This document shows, one piece after another, positions 20,550 to 30,890 of a stretch of 64,000 nt of DNA (position 1 is its first letter; every line of letters starts with the position of its first letter). The notes under the pieces were generated by a model. It searched no databases. It was given only the letters and a program-made list of their open reading frames with translations, and had not been told where the DNA came from. The stretch is from an uncultured delta proteobacterium (lineage in GTDB: Bacteria; Desulfobacterota; Desulfomonilia; Desulfomonilales; Desulfomonilaceae). The DNA lies in NCBI GenBank assembly GCA_963789265.1, contig CAWBKB010000001.1:704001-768000 (forward strand), in the 5' to 3' direction. Made by a program: the position numbers and the translations under genes.

Positions 20550-22169
20550 TCAACCGTTCCTCCGCTTGCGCAAGAGCGACAGCATTGAGCGCATCTCCTT
20601 GCACTTGAGGACATAGGCGGCAACAGCAAACACTACCAATCCCGCCGTGATGCAGCCCAGTAGAGCCAGCCCATTCTGGGTGGTGAAGCCGCTATGCCAT
20701 TCCCCGAGCCCACGTCCGTATAGCAGCGAAATCCCCATTATCAGCGAGGCAATCGAAATTTTGGTCAAAGAGCTTGCGAATTCGGCCGTCGGGAAGTGTC
20801 CCAGCCTTTTCACTAAAATAGCGAAGAGCACTGCAACATTAAAAGTGGCCGCTAATGCCGTCGCCAGCGCCAAGCCTCCCTGCCTCATTGGGCCCATGAG
20901 GAGCAATCCCGCGACCAAATTCACGGCGACCGCGCCAATGGAGATCCAGAGGGGCGTCCTGGTGTCCATCATGGAATAAAATGCTTGAGTGACGACCTTC
21001 AGTCCCGAAAAGGCCCAAAGTCCCGCGGTATACCATAGGAGCGCCTTAGCGGTTTCCTGGGTGTCCAGCCACGTGAAGCGCCCTCGCTGAAACAGCACTG
21101 AAATTATAGGTATTCTGAGTAGAATCAGAGCCACGGACGCGGGAATAATGAAAAAGGCAATGAGACGGAGTGCGAAGGAGACTGACCGCGACAGAGCCGG
21201 CAGGTCCCCGCTGCTTGCTTGCCGAGACATGGAAGGCAGCACCGCAGTTCCCAGGGCCACGCCGAATACACCAAGAGGAAGTTCCATTATTCGATCGGCA
21301 TAATAAAGCCACGAGACAGCACCGGATATCCAAGAAGCCAAGATGGTCCCGACCATCACATTGATTTGAGAAACAGCCCCACCAAAAGCCGCAGGAACGA
21401 AGAGCTTCCCAACCTTTTTCAGTGCCGGTTCCCTGAAATGGAAATCAGCCCCCAGTTTCACACCCACTCCAACCAGAAACGGAAGTTGAAGCAGAAGCTG
21501 AAGAATCCCCGCAGCTACCACACCCCAGGCCAACGCATAGTACGGCTCCATATTGAAATAAAAACATAGTACCGCTATGCTGGCTATCATCGTTAGGTTG
21601 AGGACCACAGGGGCTGCCGCCGGCGCTCCGAAGTGCCCCATGGAATTGAGAACTCCCGCGGCCAATGCTACCAACGAGATGAAAAAAATATAGGGGAACA
21701 TTATCCGATTGAGATGCACAGTGAGTTCGAATTTGGACGGGTCCGAAATGAAGCCTCCCGCGATTAATCGGACAATCCATGGACTGAACGGTCCTCCGGC
21801 CAGAGTCACCACAAGCAGCACAATGGCCGCAAAAGTAAAAGTAATCCGTGCGAACCGTGCTGCGTTGGAACTGCCGTGTTTCTGCAAAGTCTCAACATAC
21901 GTGGGGATAAATGCCGCGGAAAAGGCACCCTCTGCGGAAAGCCTCCGCAAAAGGTTCGGAATGCGGAAGGCAACGAAAAATGCATCCGCGCCGGGGCCGG
22001 CACCCAAGTAGAGAGCGGTGATCATGTCCCGTGCAAAGCCCAGGATTCGGCTGAGAGTAGTCCAGCAACTCACCACCCCGGCCACGCGGGTCATGGCCTT
22101 TTGTTCGGAGAAGCGTTCTTGCGCACGTTCGATCGTTATAAGTTGACTTGAGGTGCTGTTATCTGTCAT
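20550..22169 (-). CDS. murJ: Lipid II flippase
   Basis: SRILGFARD, DAFFVAFRIPNLLRRL.AEGA, YYADRIMELPLG. Confidence 0.96.
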   Translation of the reverse strand: MTDNSTSSQLITIERAQERFSEQKAMTRVAGVVSCWTTLSRILGFARDMITALYLGAGPGADAFFVAFRIPNLLRRLSAEGAFSAAFIPTYVETLQKHGSSNAARFARITFTFAAIVLLVVTLAGGPFSPWIVRLIAGGFISDPSKFELTVHLNRIMFPYIFFISLVALAAGVLNSMGHFGAPAAAPVVLNLTMIASIAVLCFYFNMEPYYALAWGVVAAGILQLLLQLPFLVGVGVKLGADFHFREPALKKVGKLFVPAAFGGAVSQINVMVGTILASWISGAVSWLYYADRIMELPLGVFGVALGTAVLPSMSRQASSGDLPALSRSVSFALRLIAFFIIPASVALILLRIPIISVLFQRGRFTWLDTQETAKALLWYTAGLWAFSGLKVVTQAFYSMMDTRTPLWISIGAVAVNLVAGLLLMGPMRQGGLALATALAATFNVAVLFAILVKRLGHFPTAEFASSLTKISIASLIMGISLLYGRGLGEWHSGFTTQNGLALLGCITAGLVVFAVAAYVLKCKEMRSMLSLLRKRRNG

Positions 22170-22295
22170 AAAGAGAATTTCCGTAAGAGGTCCTGTGGCC
22201 CGGGGGTTGGTTCAGGAAACGGAACCCGCGGTCGATTCAAGAGAATAGCCGGACTTCCAAGTATCAGGAACGTCGGCGTTTAGAAGGAGCTGTTA

Positions 22296-22565
22296 ATGGC
22301 CAACCATCCTTCCGCACTGAAGAGAATGCGTCAAAATGACAATCGACGCGTTCGAAACATTTCCTACAGATCGACAGTCAAGACTGCCGTGAAAAAGTTT
22401 CTGCATTCCGCTGACACCCATGAGCCCGAGGCGGGCAAACTTTTCAGCCTCGCGACTTCCTTGCTTCACAAAGGCGTGACGAAGGGCATTTTCCACAAGA
22501 ATACTGCTTCCAGGACTATTTCAAGACTCGCCAAGAAGCTCGCTTCCAGTGATCCTGCGAGGTGA
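22296..22565 (+). CDS. rpsT: 30S ribosomal protein S20
   Basis: MANHPSALKR..Q...RN...S..KT..KK; KGIFHKNTASR; divergent from murJ. Confidence 0.97.
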   Translation: MANHPSALKRMRQNDNRRVRNISYRSTVKTAVKKFLHSADTHEPEAGKLFSLATSLLHKGVTKGIFHKNTASRTISRLAKKLASSDPAR

Positions 22566-22821
22566 AAACATTATATAAACGTCCTGGAAGGTTTTGCCCT
22601 ATTCGCCCATAAGACATCCCCAGGACACTGACCCGGCCTCAGCCGGATAGGCCGGGTGGCTCTGTTCGTCAATTCCTGACGGCCGGCGAGATTGCCTGCC
22701 CCCTTGTTCAGCCGACGGATAATCTCGCGCTTCGCGGTACCACCCCAGTGTAGCGGGAGATCCCTCGCTTCGCGAGACCACTCTACTGTAATGCGGGCAA
22801 GATGCCCGTACCCTTTCTCCC

Positions 22822-24765
22822 TCACCGGCCGGGATCTCCGATCAATATCCACCCCGCCCAATTCGGCGGCTTGCCGCTAAAGGAGGCATCAAGGCCGGCC
22901 GGAATATCACCCGCCAATCCTGCCGGAGATTTGCCGGTCAAAGTCTTTCCCGCCGCCTTCTTCAGCATTTCCAATACGAACGGGTCATTAGGTCCCCAGT
23001 TAGGTTCGGAATAATTGAGCAGCCCCATGCGTACTCCTGCATACGCCATCCCGATGGCCAGCAGAAGTGGCCCTTCTCCCAGAGGGGCCTCAGAATCTTG
23101 AAGATCTAACCACGAAATTGGGAGCACCATGAGGTTCGTCGCAAGTGGAGCGTCGAACAGCCGCTGTGCCTGGAACCTACGCCGGCCGCGCTTGTCGGGA
23201 GCGAAGAAGAAGCAAGGCTGGTGACTCGTTTCAACCCTGTCGCTCATTGCCAAGGGTACGGCGAGGACTTCCGTAACTTCACGTTTGTTCTTGTATTCCA
23301 GTAACCGATCTATAGTCGCTGTTGCGCCCACCCAAACATCAAATTTCTTGAACATTTTCTGGATGCTGACCACAATGTCCGATGGTTTCGGATAAACCGG
23401 ATTGGTGAGGATGAGATGCTCTATCTTCGCTTCCTCGCCCAATTTCTGCGAGCCCTTCTTGCCCGGGGATTGGCCGGCGGCACTTTCCCGTAAGTCTTCT
23501 TCACGGATCCACGGAAGCGACTCGAAAAGGAGAAGATCTCCGCCGGCAGTGGTTTGCAGGTTTTCCTGGAGCGGTGATCGGAGGAATCTCAGAGTGTCAG
23601 CCGATGGGATGACGGAAACCAGACGGTCGCGTCCGAAGGGGAGATCCTCCGCGTCCAGCATCGCTGACAACGGAAGATACCAAAGAGACCGATCCGGTAT
23701 GACGAAGACGGTGGTCTTGTCTTCAGGCAATGGCGGAACCTTTCCGAGAAGGGTCCTGTAAATGCGCCTGCACGGCTCTTTCCACGCGTGTCCCATGAAG
23801 CTGGACCGCTCGCCGGTCGTAAATTCTCGGAGCTTCTCCTGAACCTGGAGGACACCCTTGTCGATTTGAGCTCGATTCTCAGGAACTTGATAGTAGATTG
23901 CTTTCTCAGTTGTTATGACACCTATTGCCATGCGGTCGGGGAAAAGATTGAAATCCAGAATCATCTCGTTCTTTCCCAACAGATTGCGCCGTACTTCTTC
24001 GAGTGACAAAGCGGCTCCGCGTCGCAGCCATTCGTACCGCAGGGAACTCTTGTGAAGAGACCTGCGAACATTGACAAGTTTGGTCTTAAGAGCCGCCTCG
24101 GTCCTCCGTACATCGGCAGTCGGCACATCTTCCTTGATTTTCAAAAGCCTGTTGAGGATCTCCGACTCTTCTTTTAGAAGGCTGCTCGGCACGTCGAAAA
24201 ATGCAAGGACTCCTGCCTTTTTGAGTGTGAGGTTCCGTCGGCAGATCCTTCGCTGCTCCATCAAGTGAAAGACCTGGCCGGCCAGGTCTTCTCGAGGTTC
24301 GAGCTCTGCGGGCCCCAGAATCTTCGTAGCAAGTTCGTCAAATATCGGAAACCGCTGTTCCATTTCGTCCAGCAAAGGGTTGCCAGGAGGAATATCATCC
24401 ACGATCGACTCAAAATGATCCAACACGCTTCGGTATTTCAGGATTGCGTCGTCAACCTGGCCTGACAAGTAGGTCTTGCGTGCGAGCTTGATTTCCCGAT
24501 CAAGCTTCTCCAGCATAGTCGCGGTTTCAACTTCACGGCTCGGCTCTTCCGGTGCTTGTTCCCGGAAAAGCCAGTGATACCTTTGGGCTCTGTCTGCCTC
24601 TCCTTCCGCAAGCTTCGGGCCGTTCGTGGCGTGCGCTGCACATTGCCGTTCGGAGGGGGGCGCAGGTTCTCTATGTCCGGATGCTGCCGCGGCTCCCGAG
24701 CAGAGCGCAAGCACGAAGCACCATGAGAAGATGGCCACGCGAAGAAGACCGTCACATCGTTTCAT
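22822..24765 (-). CDS. Exported CHAT-like protein with a degenerate active site
   Basis: Signal peptide; VIPDRSLWYLP, GEG....G..YAG, 'PPNWAGWILIG'; no HG or AC catalytic motif seen. Confidence 0.7.
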   Translation of the reverse strand: MKRCDGLLRVAIFSWCFVLALCSGAAAASGHREPAPPSERQCAAHATNGPKLAEGEADRAQRYHWLFREQAPEEPSREVETATMLEKLDREIKLARKTYLSGQVDDAILKYRSVLDHFESIVDDIPPGNPLLDEMEQRFPIFDELATKILGPAELEPREDLAGQVFHLMEQRRICRRNLTLKKAGVLAFFDVPSSLLKEESEILNRLLKIKEDVPTADVRRTEAALKTKLVNVRRSLHKSSLRYEWLRRGAALSLEEVRRNLLGKNEMILDFNLFPDRMAIGVITTEKAIYYQVPENRAQIDKGVLQVQEKLREFTTGERSSFMGHAWKEPCRRIYRTLLGKVPPLPEDKTTVFVIPDRSLWYLPLSAMLDAEDLPFGRDRLVSVIPSADTLRFLRSPLQENLQTTAGGDLLLFESLPWIREEDLRESAAGQSPGKKGSQKLGEEAKIEHLILTNPVYPKPSDIVVSIQKMFKKFDVWVGATATIDRLLEYKNKREVTEVLAVPLAMSDRVETSHQPCFFFAPDKRGRRRFQAQRLFDAPLATNLMVLPISWLDLQDSEAPLGEGPLLLAIGMAYAGVRMGLLNYSEPNWGPNDPFVLEMLKKAAGKTLTGKSPAGLAGDIPAGLDASFSGKPPNWAGWILIGDPGR

Positions 24766-24786
24766 CCCCGTCCTCGTGTCTATAAG

Positions 24787-25401
24787 CTATTTTTCGCTCT
24801 TTTCTTGCTCGTCCACGGTCACCCACCATTGGTCGTCCTTTTCCTTAAACCACCACGCGGAAAAATCCGTATTTAGAATGCTTCTGGCCAGTTGTCTTCC
24901 CATATCGGTCCGCAGCCTCTTCCTGGTAGAATCTATCCAGTCGCGTGCATAACGATTCCCCAGGTCTCCAAGTTCCTTTAACTGAAGGATCATTTCAATT
25001 TGGTCTGCGTCGCGTGCGAACTCTGCTTCCGGGGTGGCTCGAGCGTTAAATTCGTCAGACAGCGACCGTATCTCTTCTCCGAAGGGGAGGTCTGCGGTCA
25101 TGTCTCTAACTGCAGCTTCTTCGTCCGCCTTGACGTATTTTTTATTGACGTAGTTCAAATCCCCGGTTCTAGCCTCCACAAGGTCATGAAACAGGCACAT
25201 GAGAACCACCCGTTCAGTTGCCACATTGCCGGAAAGCCGGCCTAACGTGTAACCGATGACCGCGGCCCGAAGGCTGTGTTCTGCAACGGTTTCATGTCCC
25301 GTGCCGAGAAATTGAAAACCCGACCGAGGCGTCCGTTTCAACATTCCCACCTCGAACAGGAAATCCGCAATCGCTTTCAATTCTACCATACGGCCTCGCA
25401 T
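24787..25401 (-). CDS. HD-domain phosphohydrolase (YfbR/HDDC2-like)
   Basis: LKRTPRSG, ETVAEHS, FHDLVEARTGD, DADQIE. Confidence 0.9.
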   Translation of the reverse strand: MRGRMVELKAIADFLFEVGMLKRTPRSGFQFLGTGHETVAEHSLRAAVIGYTLGRLSGNVATERVVLMCLFHDLVEARTGDLNYVNKKYVKADEEAAVRDMTADLPFGEEIRSLSDEFNARATPEAEFARDADQIEMILQLKELGDLGNRYARDWIDSTRKRLRTDMGRQLARSILNTDFSAWWFKEKDDQWWVTVDEQEKSEK

Positions 25402-25582
25402 CCAGTTCAAAGTCCCGGCTTCACTACCATGATTCCCTTTCACTAGCAAGAGTCTCGCCCTTGACGCAGCCTTCATTTTTCGGGCGCTTCGGTCTATAAT
25501 TCGATATGGAACTGTTTGCCGGTCATTTGGCGACCGGCACCCCACGTGTCGCGAATTTCGCGTTAAGTTAAGCGGCAATTTC

Positions 25583-25679
25583 GTAGGATGTGCTGAGCGA
25601 AGCACATCGATTGTGTAAGACGGAGCGCTGACGTGGCCGATGCGCTTCCCCTGCCTTGGCTGGGTTCAGCACATCCTAC
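25583..25679. repeat. GTAG-type REP palindrome
   Basis: gtaggatgtgctga ... tcagcacatcctac, a perfect 14-bp inverted repeat with an inner gaagcacatc/gatgcgcttc pair. Confidence 0.75.
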
Positions 25680-25827
25680 ATTCTGAACAGCAGTTTTTAT
25701 TACGCATCAGGCTTAACTTAATGCAAATGTGCGTCTCGCGGGACCGGTCCTACCCAGCGACAGTAAGGCCGGCGTCCCTGCCAGCCACTTTTCGGATAGG
25801 ATATAGAACATCTTTGAGAGGTTTGTT

Positions 25828-26694
25828 CTGGACCCATCTCTGAATCTCCAATCTGTAGAAACTTGCGATCTTTGCCTCGGCCGAGTTCACGATCTTCTCT
25901 TTGCAAAAGAGGGATTCCGCCATGTCCGGTGTCGGGGGTGCGGACTGGTTTTCGTCAATCCTCGACTGGCCGGCCATTTGGAATTCCAGACAGAATCAGG
26001 AACGGGGAGTATGGGGGAGGACCGACTGACTCCGGCCCAAAAGCGTCGATTGCAGCGGGAAGTTAGCGGGCTGGAACCCTTTCGCCGGCTTAATTGCATG
26101 CTTGAAGTGGGCCCGGGGCGGGGCTGGTTCTTGTCTGTAGCTGCTCATTCGGCTTGGGAGACGTGGGCGGTCGAGATAAACCGTCAGGCGGTGCAACATC
26201 TCGACACGAAGGGTCTCCATCGCACGTTGGTCGAAACGGCAGAAGATTTCGAAGCGCCGTCGGATTCGATGGATATTGTCAGAATGTGGGATGTAATAGA
26301 GCACCTGCAATCGCCTCGCAAGGCCGTGACAAATATACGCAGGGTCTTGCGTCCAGGTGGTCTGCTCAGGTTGGCAACTACCAATTTTGCCTCTTTTTCC
26401 CGTTGGGTAAACGGACCCGAGTGGGTGTACCTTAACGGAGCGGACCACATTTTCCTTTTCGAACCGGCCACTATCAGGCAACTGCTTTCGGTGTGCGGAT
26501 TTTCAAAAATTACTATCCGGACCAGATCCTTCAATCTCAGGAGAAAACTCTATTATCCGGAAACAGACTTGCCTGCCAGGTTCTCTTTCTTGCGGCCGTT
26601 CAGAAAGCTCATGGATGCTGCCGCAGGTTTTACTATGTACGGCCACCAGATGATCGTCACTGCGATCAAGCCGGCGGCGAAGGAGGGATTATGA
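25828..26694 (+). CDS. Class I SAM-dependent methyltransferase with N-terminal zinc ribbon, apparent frameshift at ~25936 (start uncertain)
   Basis: Upstream frame CDLC...VRCR(G)CGLVFVNPR joins LEVGPGRG, WDVIEHL..P, LRPGG. Confidence 0.75.
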   Translation: MDPSLNLQSVETCDLCLGRVHDLLFAKEGFRHVRCRGCGLVFVNPRLAGHLEFQTESGTGSMGEDRLTPAQKRRLQREVSGLEPFRRLNCMLEVGPGRGWFLSVAAHSAWETWAVEINRQAVQHLDTKGLHRTLVETAEDFEAPSDSMDIVRMWDVIEHLQSPRKAVTNIRRVLRPGGLLRLATTNFASFSRWVNGPEWVYLNGADHIFLFEPATIRQLLSVCGFSKITIRTRSFNLRRKLYYPETDLPARFSFLRPFRKLMDAAAGFTMYGHQMIVTAIKPAAKEGL

Positions 26695-26970
26695 ATGCGA
26701 ATTCGTATCAGCTCTTGAACTCTTTGTCCTCAAGATTTATGCTTCTCACTATGAAATTCACACTTGTCGAATGAGCCGGAGCTCCTTTTCTTCATTGCTC
26801 TCAGAGCGGTAGAAGGCGCCTTTCCATGCCGCTGTGTCACAGTGATTTAACGTCGCTGCATAAAAATCGTCTAACTATATGTAACGCGTGAAGTAAGTTC
26901 GTCGCGGCAAAAAAAAGTAGGACGGAGCTTCCCCAATAGCCCTACACAACAAGGCTAAGGAGGAATAAGC

Positions 26971-28045
26971 ATGTGGAAACTGATTAATACAACATACCTT
27001 CTCGCGATCTTAATCGCCATGGCGATGGTTTTCAACATATCGAGCGTGAGTTTGGCAAAGAGCAATCAGGCCGGTACGCCTCCATCTCCACAGCCAAAAG
27101 GTGGGATCGCCACGGTAGTCGGGGTGGACCAGCCCGACAATTGTCTCCGCATCAGGAGCGGGCCGGACAGCCAGTACAGACGTAATCGGATGCGCCAACA
27201 TGGGTGACCGGTTAAAAATTACCGGCGTCTGGACATCAAACGATTGGGCCCAACTGGCCGACAATGGATGGGTTTACGGACCGGAAATCTCCACTGATTT
27301 GCGACCTCCGCAAACCGCTTATTCCGGACCACCGACTTACGTCGTCAGCGAGGTGGCAGTGCCCGATTATGACGACTGGGCCTATTTGCCGGATTATGGA
27401 TATGATACCTACTGGTATGGAGACGTGCCGATATTCTTCTATAACGTGGCCGTATGGCGCTGGTGTCACCCGTGGTGGTGGTGGCATGGTCTCCAGGCGT
27501 GGTGGTGGCGGGACGGCTTCAATGGCCGAAGACACTGGGACCCGCACTCATTCAGAAACTTCGCCAGGACTAGAGGCAGAAATGTTGCCGCCGCTGGGCG
27601 TGGCAATATATCCGCACTCAACCGAATGGGTAGAACCACTAGGGGTGCGAGTATCGCATCATTAAACGGAAACCGATTCAATGCGAACCGTGCGAACATT
27701 ACATCACCCAATGTACGCCGATTTAATGCGAACCAATTCAAAGCGAATCATCCGAACATTAGATCATCCAATGTGAACAGATTCAATGCGAACAGATTCA
27801 AGGCGAACAGGTTTCGCACAAACACAAAGACGTTTCACTCGCGAACCTTTTCAAATCCATCTAGGTTCCGATCTGGGTCTGCAAATGCGTTTCGTTCTCG
27901 GAGCTATTCGGTGCCGCACTCGTTCCGCAGCGGCAGTTTCGGAGGTAGTCGCTTTAGCGGTTTTGCACGATCACGAAGTTTCAGCAGCCCCCGGTTCGGA
28001 GGAGGCAGCTTTCACGCTATGGGCGGCGGCGGACGTCGCAGATAG
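26971..28045 (+). CDS. Exported SH3-like protein with aromatic-rich and N/R/S/F/G low-complexity tail, apparent frameshift at ~27178
   Basis: Signal peptide; CLRIRSGP...Y/DVIG...G..L......WAQL..GWV SH3b pattern; NRFNAN repeats. Confidence 0.7.
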
Positions 28046-28164
28046 TGCAATAAGCCAAGGTTAATGTTCAGAACGACCGGAAGTTGCTCTCAAGAGCGGC
28101 TCCCGGTCCTTTCTATTCACAAGATAATCTCGAATCCTGGTACGTACTTATCGGCTGAGCCGTT

Positions 28165-28381
28165 TAATACCAATGCGCCATCAAACAAGTCACAATCCCG
28201 GCGAGGATATGATGGGGCATCCCGCCCGGAACGCGGGACTGTCTGCCATTCGTCACCCCGGACTTCGATCCGGGGTCCAGTCTGGATGCCCGCGTGCGCG
28301 GGCATGACGACCGGCAATCACGCCCGGGCGTGACTGTCCCACTAAAAAACGGTGTCACTGGTTTGAAAGCGAATCGGTGTA
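28165..28381 (-). mobile_element. MITE, TAATACCGATTCGC family
   Basis: Reverse complement closely matches 43332-43549; ends taatacc/ggtgta. Confidence 0.8.
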
Positions 28382-28718
28382 AAGTGGACGGCTCGCTGTA
28401 TCAAATTCGAACATGTATCGCTTGTCGGTTCTGTCGAGTAGTACAGTGACGCATGCACTGCTTTTCAAAATTTCTTGATCTTGCCCCTATCACGACCGCT
28501 GACCTCAATAATACAAGCGATTCCGACCATCAGTTGAAAAGGAGGTTCAAATTTGCCGCGCCGTCGAATTCGGATCGCACTATGATGAAATGGATCCAAT
28601 ATGGTAACATAAAGGTTTTCGCCAAATCGTGCACAGAAGAGTGAATCGTCTTGACTTCGTGGATAATTTAGCCTATTTTATCAACGTGTTGGTTGTATAA
28701 TTTGAAGTGAGATATGAA

Positions 28719-29627
28719 ATGACGGCACGCGCACAACTCCCTAGCACTCCCCCCGCCCAGCGGGCAAAGATCCTCGTCGAAGCGCTACCGTACATCAGGA
28801 CCTTTCGAGAGAAACGTGTTGTGATCAAGTACGGCGGCAGTGCCATGACGGACAACCGCCTTAAGGGGGATTTCGCGGAGGATGTGGCGCTCATAAGCTT
28901 TGTCGGGATTAAGCCGATAATTGTTCACGGCGGCGGACCCCAGATCGGCGAACTTCTCAAGAAAATAGGCAAAGAGAGCCGCTTTGTTCGGGGGCTGCGC
29001 GTTACCGATGAAGAAACCATGGACGTTGTGGAGATGGTCCTCGTGGCCAAGGTAAACAAAGATGTGGTTTCCATGATTAATTATCACGGCGGCAAGGCCG
29101 TAGGAATCTCCGGCCGGGACGGGCATCTCATAAAAGCCAAGAAAGCGAGACCCGCAAGACTCGCCGACATGGATGAAGACTTGGGTTTGGTCGGTGAGGT
29201 GGACAGAATCAATCCGGACTTGATAACTTCACTGGAGGAGCATGGTTTTATTCCGGTCATAGCGCCGGTGGGAGCCGGTCCGGGGCAAAAGCCCTATAAT
29301 ATCAATGCGGATACCGCTGCTGGGGCCCTGTCGGCTGCCCTCGGCGCGGAAAAACTCATTGTGCTGACCGACGTTCCGGGCATAGTGGATGAAGACGGCG
29401 GTCTCATTTCCAGCCTCTCCGAAGACAAGGCCGAAGATCTTATCCATAGCGGCGTTGCCTCGGGAGGCATGATTCCCAAGATTCGGTGCTGTCTGACCGC
29501 ATTGCGTGGCGGGGTACCAAAAGCGCACGTTATCGACGGGCGAGTGCCGCACGCTCTGCTGCTCGAAATACTAACGGATCAGGGTATTGGGACGGAGATT
29601 GTGCGAGAGATCCCACCTGGTGGTTGA
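28719..29627 (+). CDS. argB: Acetylglutamate kinase
   Basis: VIKYGGSAM, VHGGGPQI, GLRVTD, NINAD, GGMIPK. Confidence 0.97.
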   Translation: MTARAQLPSTPPAQRAKILVEALPYIRTFREKRVVIKYGGSAMTDNRLKGDFAEDVALISFVGIKPIIVHGGGPQIGELLKKIGKESRFVRGLRVTDEETMDVVEMVLVAKVNKDVVSMINYHGGKAVGISGRDGHLIKAKKARPARLADMDEDLGLVGEVDRINPDLITSLEEHGFIPVIAPVGAGPGQKPYNINADTAAGALSAALGAEKLIVLTDVPGIVDEDGGLISSLSEDKAEDLIHSGVASGGMIPKIRCCLTALRGGVPKAHVIDGRVPHALLLEILTDQGIGTEIVREIPPGG

Positions 29628-29688
29628 AAGAAGCCGGACGTGTGGGGAAGGGAGAGATCATCAAATGCTTGCCGAAAGAGGGGAGGTC

Positions 29689-30888
29689 ATGGAATCCTTT
29701 GATTTCATCGCCATGAACAGCGAATACGTTTTCAATACTTACGGTCGAACTCCCGTGATGCTGGTACGAGGCTCCGGCTGTAAGGTCACCGATAGTAACG
29801 GCCGAACATATCTGGATTTCATCGGAGGTCTGGCAGCCTGCTCCCTGGGCCACGGCCATGCAGGTTTAGCCTTGGCCATTTCGGAGCAAGCCAAGAAGCT
29901 GATTCACGTGTCCAACCTGTTCTATATCGAACCCCAGATCAAGTTGGCGAAGCTCCTGGCCGAAAACTCCTTCGCTCAAAAGGTCTTCTTTTGCAACTCG
30001 GGCGCTGAAGCTAACGAGGGGGCAATCAAGCTCGCGCGAAAATATTTTCACGACCGGGGAGAGCATCAGCGCTATCACATCATCACCATGGACGGATCGT
30101 TCCATGGCCGAACTCTCGCCACCCTGGCGGCCACGGGCCAGACGAAGTACCGGCAGGGCTTTGAGCCTGATGTCCAGGGTTTTTCCCATGTGCCATTTGG
30201 GGATATTGAGGCACTGGATCAGGCCGTATCGCCAGACACTGCGGCAATTATGATCGAGCCGATCCAGGGCGAGGGTGGCGTACGCATGCCGCCTGCGGAT
30301 TTTCTCTGTCAAGTTAGAGAATTGTGCGACAAAACCGGCTGCCTGCTCATCCTGGATGAAGTCCAGACAGGCATGGGGAGAACGGGAAAGCTCTTCGCTC
30401 ACGAACATTTCGGCATTACTCCGGATATCATGACCCTGGCAAAGGGTATTGCCGGTGGAGTTCCCATGGGCGCGCTATTGGCGACCAATCAAGTGGCTCA
30501 AGCACTTGGGCCGGGAACCCACGCGGCCACATTCGGCGGCAATCCGCTGGCATCCGCGGCAGGTCTTGCCGTCGCGGCGGAGATCCTGTCACCGGGATTC
30601 CTTGATGGCGTCAGCGACAGGGGCAATTATCTACGATCGCGGCTCGAAGAATTGGCCGGTCGTCATGAAGTAATCCGCGAAGTTCGAGGGCTTGGCTTGA
30701 TTCAGGCTATTGATCTGAAGGTAGCCGGCGCGGATGTCGTTGCCGCATTGAGAGCGGCCGGGATCTTGGTCAATTGCACTGCTGAAACGGTGTTGCGCTT
30801 CCTTCCGCCTCTCATCGTTACCGATCGAGAGATCGACCAATTGTTGACTGCTCTGGACGCGATTCTGAGCCAAGCGAGAGGTTGCTGA
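29689..30888 (+). CDS. argD: Acetylornithine aminotransferase
   Basis: CNSGAEANE, SFHGRT, EPIQGEGG, DEVQTG, TLAKG, TFGGNP. Confidence 0.95.
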   Translation: MESFDFIAMNSEYVFNTYGRTPVMLVRGSGCKVTDSNGRTYLDFIGGLAACSLGHGHAGLALAISEQAKKLIHVSNLFYIEPQIKLAKLLAENSFAQKVFFCNSGAEANEGAIKLARKYFHDRGEHQRYHIITMDGSFHGRTLATLAATGQTKYRQGFEPDVQGFSHVPFGDIEALDQAVSPDTAAIMIEPIQGEGGVRMPPADFLCQVRELCDKTGCLLILDEVQTGMGRTGKLFAHEHFGITPDIMTLAKGIAGGVPMGALLATNQVAQALGPGTHAATFGGNPLASAAGLAVAAEILSPGFLDGVSDRGNYLRSRLEELAGRHEVIREVRGLGLIQAIDLKVAGADVVAALRAAGILVNCTAETVLRFLPPLIVTDREIDQLLTALDAILSQARGC

Positions 30889-30890
30889 GC

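Noticed and set aside
20165..20616. Short ORFs over repeat clusters (also 5846-6292, 11036-11570, 28064-28358, 41795-42010, 49572-49951, 53449-54414, 58443-58780)
   Set aside because: They are translations of MITE/REP palindromes, and the same peptides recur wherever the repeat occurs.
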